Assembly (NCBI GenBank): GCA_030141605.1 | Contig: JAQGDQ010000586.1 | Span: forward strand, 1 to 64,000 | DNA: 64,000 bases | Direction: 5' to 3' | From: Tubiluchus corallicola | Taxonomy: Eukaryota; Animalia; Priapulida | Shown here: positions 55,525-64,000 of the stretch, one piece after another | Position numbering within the stretch: position 1 is the stretch's first letter | Layout of the letters: each line of letters opens with the position of its first letter | Program-made: the position numbers and the translations under genes | Notes under the pieces: model-generated | Seen by the model: only the letters and a program-made list of their open reading frames with translations | What the model was told of the DNA's origin: nothing | The model's database searches: none

Positions 55525-55611
55525 CTGACCAGCAGGTGTCACTAAACTCAACTCTACCAGATGTGACTGACTCAGCGCCTCCAGTTCATCTGTGTTGCCT
55601 TTAATAGGCAT
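55525..55611 (-). CDS. MED18: MED18 coding exon 5 (87 nt)
   Basis: CAG|ATG...CAG|GTTGGT. Encodes MPIKGNTDELEALSQSHLVELSLVTPAGQ versus human ILVPGNTDSTEALSLSYLVELSVVAPAGQ. Confidence 0.95.
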
Positions 55612-55774
55612 CTGAAATATTATTAAAATATTTTTGAAACGTATTTCGTTCGTAACGAGCGATTTAGTAATAATACACGTTTATGATTTATTGCCTGAAT
55701 TTTATCAAGTTTTCAAACAATCAAATCAATTGACAATATTACAAAAGTAAGTATGGCACAGAACATTGCTGTGA

Positions 55775-56175
55775 GGCAGTAAGCCTTTTCACAGTTCCAG
55801 CGATTGATGGTGATCGTGAAAATGTCAAAGGTTAAATGTACCAGACAATGCATTTGTGTGCACTTGACAACGCCTTGCAGCCCAAAGCTATTGTAATAGT
55901 AAAAGTTTTAACAGCTAGGTAGAAGATTACCTACTTCATTTTTTCTTGTTCCCGAGCAAGATCCTGCTAGTACATCACTCTATGCACAGACTAATGCATA
56001 ATTAAGTAAAGTCTATGTAAAACAACCGAAGTTACTAAACTGATACAGCATACGGCTTTGCTTCACCCACATGTCACGTGACGGTTGTAGTTAAAACACG
56101 TTGCTGTGGTACACGCAACCTTTGAGCTACAGCAACTGCGTGTGCGCACAACGAAACTATGAAAAAGTTTATTGT
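55775..56175 (+). mobile_element. MITE family 1 copy in MED18 intron 4
   Basis: GGCAGTAAGCCTTTTCACAGTT...AACTATGAAAAAGTTTATTG, colinear with 802-1194. Confidence 0.8.
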
Positions 56176-56199
56176 AATATGACCTATAAGATCACTAGA

Positions 56200-56580
56200 C
56201 ATCATCATCATCATCATCATCTTCATCACCGTCATCATCATCACCATCGTCATCATCATTGTCATCATCATCATCGTCATCACCATCACCATCATCACCA
56301 TCATTATCATCATCGTCATCATCATCATCTCACCATCGTCATCGCCACCATCATCATCGTCATCACCATCATCATAGTCGTCCTCATCATCGTCATCGTC
56401 ATCATTATCACCGTCATCATCATCATCATCTTCATCATAATCATCATCATCGTCATCTTCATCATCATCATCATCACCACCACTATCATCACCATCATCA
56501 TCGTCATCATTGTCTTCATCTTCATCATCATCATCATCACCGCCCACCACCACCACCATCATCATCACCATCATCATTAT
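56200..56580. repeat. Degenerate (CAT)n repeat in MED18 intron 4
   Basis: Direct reading. Confidence 0.97.
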
Positions 56581-56637
56581 AGTGACTACAAACAATCAGC
56601 AACATGAAATGACATTACAAGAAGCAATCATACTCAC

Positions 56638-56716
56638 TTTGAGAATTTTGCTAATAGTTATTTTCATGCGTCCTTTGCGAAACATGTAACCCTTGCTCAC
56701 GAATTCATACTCAAAC
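56638..56716 (-). CDS. MED18: MED18 coding exon 4 (79 nt)
   Basis: CAG|G...AAA|GTGAGT. Encodes (E)FEYEFVSKGYMFRKGRMKITISKILK versus human MDHEFVAKGHLFRKGIMKIMVYKIFR. Not present in the ORF track. Confidence 0.95.
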
Positions 56717-57449
56717 CTGTCAGAAATTCACACAAATCTGTATTTATAACAAACAATGAGCTCAGATGAACTATTTAGCAACTACTGCCATCGTGTGGCC
56801 TGACGTAAAACTAAACCAAGGCAACGCAACACAGCAGTAAAGCAAGGCAAAACAAGTCCACCACCAACCAACGCATGACGCACCACCAACTAGCGTCCGC
56901 ATGCGAAACAACGTGTCCATAGAATGCGGCTCTTTTAACGGTCCAGATTTTGTCCGATTCTTCCGGAATCCATAAAAGTGAGGTCCAGCAAACCGAGATA
57001 TGAATGTACTTAGCATACAAGCAGGAAAAACTAACAAATAGTATTCGCGGGTATTTTGGGAAAGTAGATTTAAGAAGTTCGTGATGGCGTGCAGCCAACA
57101 TTAAGAAAGTACAAAACTAAGTTTACAAAATTTACTAAAACTGATAATTTGGGTGCTAAGATTGGGTATCACAAAAACAAGTAAAACTGGTGAGCAGAAC
57201 ATAATAGAACACAAATAACAGCTAGCTAGCTACATAAATAGTTTACAAAATCATATATCCATTTTCCTTCGATTGTACTAATCAATGGTTCACTCATTGT
57301 CGTCCTGAAAGCAGTCGTAAACCAGTAATATGATATGAGTGCACTTTATATTCATAAAACATGTGAGAGATAATGTGATAACATTAAATGACCAATAAGA
57401 ACTATACTAGTCAGCTGTAATCCTTGCATGCTACAAGCTTTATACATTA

Positions 57450-57904
57450 CCGTATTTTCCCGTGTATAAGAGACCCTTGTGTATAAGAGACCCCTTCAAT
57501 TTTTAGGCAAAAATTCTGGAAAAAAGTTTTTTCAGACGGACATTTTTAGAGGGTAAAGTACAACTTTTTTCAACTCAGTGCGGTACTGAAAACAAAATAA
57601 AACCAGTTAATGTGTTGTAGAAAAAGAGTACTGGTATATATTAAAGTGCGTACCTGCAAACCTGTAACAGGAAAAGAGAAAACGAGGAGATAATGCCTGT
57701 GTCACGATGCTTGTATTGCTTACAACCGCTTCATAGTCGAACGCGACACGCAAAACAGTTGTAGAGCACTTATTTCTTTAAAATCATTAGTGTCACAATT
57801 TATGCATCTTATTGAAAAGACTTACTCCCATGTATAAGAGACCCCCTATTTTTAAAGTGAAAATTCTGAGCAAAAAAGGGTCTCTTATACACGGGAAAAT
57901 ACGG
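57450..57904. mobile_element. Tc1/mariner-type MITE with perfect 29-bp TIRs and TA TSD, in MED18 intron 3
   Basis: TA|CCGTATTTTCCCGTGTATAAGAGACCCTT...AAGGGTCTCTTATACACGGGAAAATACGG|TA, with subterminal TGTATAAGAGACCC repeats. Confidence 0.92.
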
Positions 57905-58508
57905 TAATTACTGACAAGTACTAAACATTGCTATAATAAATTATTATTTTATGATTGACATTAACAACTACACTTTTATTAATCATTTAAAACTGTTATA
58001 AATGGGAAAAACAAACAAATAAAAAGAATGGCGCAGTAGTGTCATCTTGTGGCCAAATTTCAAAACAAAAATAATTCGGTTGTGAAATACAGTTTAGAAT
58101 GATTAGCTGTGTTCGGAAACTAAATTTTACAACACGGAAAAAAATGTCAAAAATGATGGCTGGTAATGTAGCCACAGGGAAAAAAAGTCAGAGTTTGGCT
58201 AGATAAACAACTCACCAGAAAGTCACAAATAATTTATGGTGGCTTTTTATCCTGTGACTTTATTACTTGGGACTTTTTTCTGTGACTTTTTATCCTGTGA
58301 TTTTATTACCTGGGGCTTTTTTCTGTGACTTTTTATCCTGTGCTTTATTACCTGGGGTTTTTTTCTGTGACTTTTTATCCTGTTACTTTATTACCTGGGA
58401 CTTTTTTCTGTGACTCTTTATCCTGTGACTTTATTACCTAGATTCTCTAAAACAACCTTATCAAACATTCAATTTGCAACCTTAAAAATGTACGATTGTT
58501 TCGCTTAC

Positions 58509-58637
58509 TCGAATCCCAATTGCTCCAGAAACTGCGTAAGATTGTCAGAAGTGGCGACATCTATACACGTGCGCACCATGACGCTTTTACTTCGCTCTGC
58601 ACCAGAGACCTCTGGATTTCCAATGTATCGCAGGTGC
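58509..58637 (-). CDS. MED18: MED18 coding exon 3 (129 nt)
   Basis: CAG|G...GA|GTAAGC. Encodes (W)HLRYIGNPEVSGAERSKSVMVRTCIDVATSDNLTQFLEQLGF versus human WHLRYLGQPE...VRNCVDIATSENLTDFLMEMGF. Confidence 0.95.
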
Positions 58638-59037
58638 CTGTAACAAGTAATAAACCCATAAATAGTAAAAGCAGTTTGATGGACCGCCATAAAAATGAGA
58701 AAAGAAAAATAAAAAAGAGAAAAGAGAAACTGATTATGATTTTGATAACCGACTAGGGCTATAATGTCAAACCAAGGTCATGATACGACTTAGATCACGA
58801 TACTAACCTCACGATACATGCGATACACATCAAGATACACATGAGTTCACGGTTGCAAGCTGGACAAAAAAAAAATACATGAAGCCGTTGATAATAATAA
58901 TTGCTAAACATGTTTCATTGATCAACAGTTTTAGGATTGCTAAATGCTAAAAGAACTCAAGAAACTGTTTCATTTTATTCATTCCTTGACTAACATGTTG
59001 GCTATTGACTGCATTGTAAGCCACCAAGAAAGTAATA

Positions 59038-59527
59038 CAGTCAAACTCAGGTATGAGGTACTCGATTATGAGGTACTCGCTTGCAAGGGACCCACCAACA
59101 CCGGCCCTGACTTTTGGTAACGTATTCACTACGTAAAAATCTTCGTATATAAGGTACTGGGATATAAGGGACTGTCGTTTATACGGGACGATATCTTCAG
59201 GTCCTGCGTAATAGAAACCCAGGTAAATTACCTCGCATATAAGGGACCGTGTGATAAAAGCGAAATTGATCGATTTTTAACCTCAATTTTTTTGCAGACT
59301 CGGCCTTCAAACAACTCGGTTTCCACGGTCACATACATCTGGCATCACTGAAGGAGCTTCCTACATACCGCTTGCACTGAATGTGTAGCAATAATCCATA
59401 AAAATGTGGGTAAAAGTACAGCTCTAGATACACCCTCGGTCTGGCTCAACTTCGGCGATAAGGGACATCGGATATGTGGGACGGTTTTTTCCGGTCCCGG
59501 GGTGTCCCTTACATCCGAGATTCACTA
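59038..59527 (+). mobile_element. MITE family 5 copy in MED18 intron 2
   Basis: TA|CAGTCAAACTCAGG...CCGAGATTCACTA|TA, colinear with 52032-52516. Confidence 0.85.
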
Positions 59528-59614
59528 TATGTTGAAGAAATAGACTCGAACATCTCTGTCAAGTATGATAAATATATAACATGAATGTCACACACAATGT
59601 TGCATAATACTTAC

Positions 59615-59696
59615 CACGGTTCATCCGGATGATCCAGCGCATGGATGGCCCTTGCTGAGAGCACCGACGGAGAACCCATGCCAGGAGGTCGTGATC
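59615..59696 (-). CDS. MED18: MED18 coding exon 2 (82 nt)
   Basis: TAG|GA...CCGTG|GTAAGT. Continues in frame as (R)SRPPGMGSPSVLSARAIHALDHPDEP(W), aligning with human ...SPFVLRARRSMDRAGAPW. Confidence 0.9.
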
Positions 59697-61739
59697 CTAG
59701 AACAAGGAGCAAAAGCCATATTTAAGCACGGGCTTATAAACACTCAATTTCAAATCGTGCTTGAATGTAGAATATATTATTATTATTATTAGAGGATGGT
59801 TGGTATTCAGCTGTGGCGAACTATTTGAATCTTGTGCAAAAACTAAGTGCTAAACTCAGACAAGGCCAGCCAAGGGAGGAAAAAAACTATTTTAAAGGAA
59901 AAGACAATTGAATAGACTCAATCTCATTGTAGTTTACCGTCCAAAATATACAATTTCTTGCCTATAAAAGTTAGAAATTGTTTCCAATATTTGAATAATT
60001 AGCTTAGAAAGTTTATTAATGGCAACCGAACACAGCTGTCGCTTACGTCAAACGCTAACCACTGTTTATGCAATGGCGGGCATCTTCTCTGTGTGTCGTG
60101 CGCGTCTGTGTAAGATTGCTACAAGACCCAGATGTGAAAATGAGCTCTACATCACACTGACGTCAGAGATGAACACACTGATGAGATGTGATGGTCGTGT
60201 TTATCATGGTACAGTGCCTATTTGTCGGCCAGGCGAATGTGACAAAAAGATGCCATTGCCAGTCTTAGTGGGCTCGCTGAAACTTTGAAAATTTGAAACC
60301 AAATTTAACTATCCAAGATAATTATTACTTAATCTAAGCTTTGATTAAAAAAATCTAGTAGTTTACATTATTCTAGAACATAAACTAATGCTTAGACAAC
60401 TGTCCGGTTTTTCTTTAGAACTTTTCTGAATCTTTGAAGCTGAATCGTAGAATGTTAAAATCAAATTTTAGACGAGCAGCAGTCACAGCATGACTTCGTA
60501 ATTGTAAGAAATCTGCATATCAAACTTACCATTATTTCAGTGCAAGTTTAAGATGCATCAGACTGGATTGTTGAAAATATTTTTTCACGGAAAGATTAGT
60601 TAGAGAGTAAAACAGGGTGGAGCATGACAAATTGCAAAAAACTCTGAAACAGGTAGGAGGTTTGGGGGCGAAACCCCATTGGAGCCAGCAACAAATTGCA
60701 ATTTTGTGACCATAGAGAGGCTTTAAGTGTACTTAAAATATCATTTACCTTGTTTCATGCATAATTTAAAATACCCAACTATCAAGGATACATGATACTT
60801 AATTGTCCCAAAAATGTCTAAGTACTGGCTGCTCCTATATAAAAACTGTATGCAATTGAGTTAAATAACTCCGCACAATTGATTCTATATGTTTATACAT
60901 AGAGATATACGCGTGGTAACACTGATGTAAACAAAGTCAGAGCAAGTCAGAGCAAAAAAGTAGTGCACTTAGGAGCTGTTGGTTTGTTATGCATGTCGAT
61001 TTTCCCAGGTGAGTGATAGCTGAAATTATTCTTGCCTTTTTGCCATTCAAATTATGTTCTCAAAGTGCACTTTGAGGCTTTCATAGCTAATCTGCACATG
61101 TCTCTTGTGGTTGGACGATGTTTTACAGTGAAGATTTACTACAATATTGATGTTTTAATCTTATGCAACTGGGAAAAATTTGATACGTCGTCTTCATGTA
61201 AAACTTGCCTGATTGCTGTGATTAAGTGGACTTAAAATATCAATTACCTTGTTTCGTGCATAATTTAAAATACCCAACTATCAAGGATGCATGATACCTA
61301 ATTGTCTCAAGAACAACTAAGTACTGGCCGCTCCTATGCAAAAGTATATAAAAACTGTCTGCAATTGACTCAAATAAGTCCGCACAATTGATTCTATATT
61401 TTTATACATAGAGATAAACATGTGGTTACACTGATGTACGTGATGTAAACAAAGTGACGACCTGCCAACTAGCGGACAGCTTGAGAAATAATGTACTGGG
61501 TCCGTAAAAACTTTCTCAACGAATTTACGCGATTTACAAAAATGGCACTACTGCTCTTCCAAAACTTGGAATTCTGAGTATCCGTGGAAAATTCTCATCC
61601 CTGGAGTAAAATTTACTTCCATCTGATACTACCGAGGCTTCTTCGGAGAATAACTTCAAGAACAAGCAGAACAGATATTTCGATGCGGTCACATCGGGGT
61701 CACAATGAACTCGCTCGGTTAACTTACTGTGTTACTTAC

Positions 61740-61920
61740 TGATCGAGTAAACGATCTCATGATCACAGAACGTCTCTGGTTCCGATTCCGTGCAGTCGCA
61801 CAGTCCCCTCAGCCGCTGCAACAAGACGTCTTTTGCATTGTCTGTGATGCTACCTTGTAGATGATATTCTTGGTAAGGCAGAAACTTGTGGGTCAAAGCT
61901 TCTTTCAGTGTGCTAGTCAT
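61740..61920 (-). CDS. MED18: Mediator of RNA polymerase II transcription subunit 18, coding exon 1 of 7
   Basis: Encodes MTSTLKEALTHKFLPYQEYHLQGSITDNAKDVLLQRLRGLCDCTESEPETFCDHEIVYSI, matching the recalled MED18 motif EYxLQGS...RLRGLCD..EPETFxDHE. Ends in phase 1 at A|GTAAGT. Confidence 0.95.
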
Positions 61921-62074
61921 CGAACCAAAAGTCGTACGTATGAGGACAACTTGTGAATGAAAGGTTTAAATACGAGTTTGACGTGTCAGATGTGGATGCT
62001 GAGAATTAAATAGCCTGGGTTCGTCTAACCCTGTAAAATAGTAATAAAATTGCAAAACTACATTTACGTTATAT

Positions 62075-62140
62075 CAGGGGTGTGCAAATTGCGGCCCGCG
62101 GGCCACTTGCGGCCCGCCGAGAGAATTTGTGTGGCCCGTG
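62075..62140 (+). mobile_element. hAT (Charlie-like) transposon end just upstream of the MED18 start codon
   Basis: CAGGGGTGTGCAAA followed by GCGGCCCGCGGGCC...GCGGCCCG subterminal motifs. Confidence 0.75.
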
Positions 62141-63480
62141 AAGAGATTTGTCAACCTAATGAAAGCGCGGCCCGGGCGATTAATTGAGTGTATCCAGCTG
62201 AAGTCCGTGCCACGATCCCAAAGATAGTGCGGGTAGTTTTTTCTACTAGATCGGATGCCATTACCCCTTACAAGACGGTTGTAGCTTAATGTCACTGTAC
62301 TACACAGACTGTGTGATACACATTACTAATATGCATTGTATTTAAATTACCACTATCCGTCCTGAAAGTAGAAATATATGGTTTGTAATGTAAATTTTAA
62401 TAACTTGTAAAATAGTTTCTTGAGCGTAGTAGTACTTTCTGTACTCGGTTTGCTGGACAAAAGGAGGGGAAACGTCGGTCCAAATTTGCCGATTGTCTGT
62501 ATTTACCGATACTAAACTAATATAGAGGGCGTCGTGTATTAGATTCACAGTACTGCAGAATCGATCGTCTAAATGTTTCAGAAAACATCTAGTGCGGGCC
62601 GTTCCTATGCAAAAGGTTATAAAAACTGTCGGCAATTGATTCAAATGGCTGTGAACCACTTAAACAGGCTGATTAAACTACTAAACATGCTGACATGCAA
62701 CAAACACACGTGCCGTTATATGCTGCTTGAATGTAAACAAAGTGATGGCCTGCAAACTAGCAGTCAGCTCGCGAAATAGCAGATCGTGTCCGCAGTACGC
62801 TGGAGTTCTTAGCGGGCCAGATTTTGCCCAAATTTTCCGATATCCGTAAAAGCGAGGTCCGACAAACCGAGATATGAGTGCAATTTTAAACTTCTGTTGC
62901 CGACCTGCACAATCAATATTATATCCTGATATAGCCTAAACGTTTTTCTTGTAAATAATCTGAAGTCTGCTGTATTTTCGCCTTAAATAATTTCTTAGCT
63001 CGTGCCATTAAACATTGCACGTAAAAACCAAGTCGTACATCACAGATGCCACAGAAAGTGCGCAATGTATAAAGGCACAAGTGCATGAAGTTAATGTATA
63101 ACAAACACTAACTCATAGTTGAAAAAGAATCAATGCACAAATTATGCATAACACAGAAAATTGTCAAAATTTACAAAACTGATACTAAACAAAAGAATCA
63201 CATGATGATGTTTGAGATTATTTAGCTTTGAGAGAGATGTTTCCCGACTGAGTGCATTCTAATTTTATTACAGAAATCAATTACATTAAAATAACATACG
63301 TGCCATTTTTCACGTGCCATTTTTATTTACTTTTATATTTGTACCACTTTTACCGTGCACCAGGCTTATGTAATCAGAATGAAGATGAAAAAGTACAGTA
63401 AGTAGTAAGCTACTAAGCTAGTGACGTGAGTTCTAGCTTACTAAGTGGCAGTTCTGAGTAAGTTATTTATTTATCACGAT

Positions 63481-63986
63481 TGGCAAACAAGATTAATAAC
63501 AGATTTACCTTTTTTCCAAATCTTATCGTTAATTCCAGAACAAGCAATCTAAAACAAATTAGGACAAATACCCACTATGGAACGAACTCTGTAATCAAAC
63601 AAGCAATTCTACTTTGGAATTCTCTACCATTACAGGTTAAACAAATCAAGTCCCTATCAGCATTTAAAACAAAATTAAAATCACTAATATTAACCAGATA
63701 TGAAATACCATCACACCAGTACGACAACATACACACTAATTCAGAATTCATATATCCACGGCCATATTAATTAAATCATAGTTTTTTCATTTTTTTGTGC
63801 ATAGTTGTAAATAAGTTTGATTTTGTTCGTCGTTACTTTCCATTACTGCACAGTAGTTTAGATTGCACTGACGCATTTGCTTTTAGCAGTGTAAGTTTTT
63901 ATTAACTAACACTGATTGGTCATCTCTGTAAAGTTCTTATTCTCTTTCAAGAGTCATGAGAGGACTAGAGTGGTTGAATAAGTCAA
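63481..63986 (+). mobile_element. 5'-truncated L2/Crack-like LINE with 14-bp TSD
   Basis: ORF THYGTNSVIKQAILLWNSLP...SLSAFKTKLKSLIL. Flanked by TTATTTATCACGAT at 63467-63480 and 63987-64000. Confidence 0.8.
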
Positions 63987-64000
63987 TTATTTATCACGAT

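Noticed and set aside
59615-59696. Alternative open frame DHDLLAWVLRR... for MED18 exon 2
   Set aside because: Incompatible with the phase-1 donor of exon 1 and shows no similarity to MED18.

Overview
Eukaryotic, most likely invertebrate-animal, genomic DNA that is AT-rich and dominated by repeats. There is no prokaryotic system and no CRISPR array. I can support only one host gene: a 7-coding-exon MED18 (Mediator subunit 18) on the minus strand (ATG at 61920, stop at 44118-44120, 648 nt spliced, 215 aa), assembled by hand with all splice phases consistent. Its last intron (44161-47321) has a full U12/minor-spliceosome signature (GTATCCTT donor, TTTTCTTAAC branch site close to the AG). The rest is compound microsatellites, about ten minisatellite arrays (21-128 bp units), several MITE families and LINE fragments (RTE, CR1/L2-group, I/R1-group). 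The structures most worth follow-up are: a 5S-rRNA-headed SINE3 candidate with a target-site duplication nested in a TIR element; an inverted pair of Penelope-type pseudo-LTRs carrying a minimal hammerhead ribozyme around an 81-bp array grown from the pLTR; and a ~900-bp-arm inverted duplication whose inner ends coincide with MITE termini. Almost all ORFs in the supplied track are translations of simple repeats or non-coding DNA. All similarity calls were made by eye or from recalled family features; no database search was run, and repeat boundaries and copy numbers are approximate.
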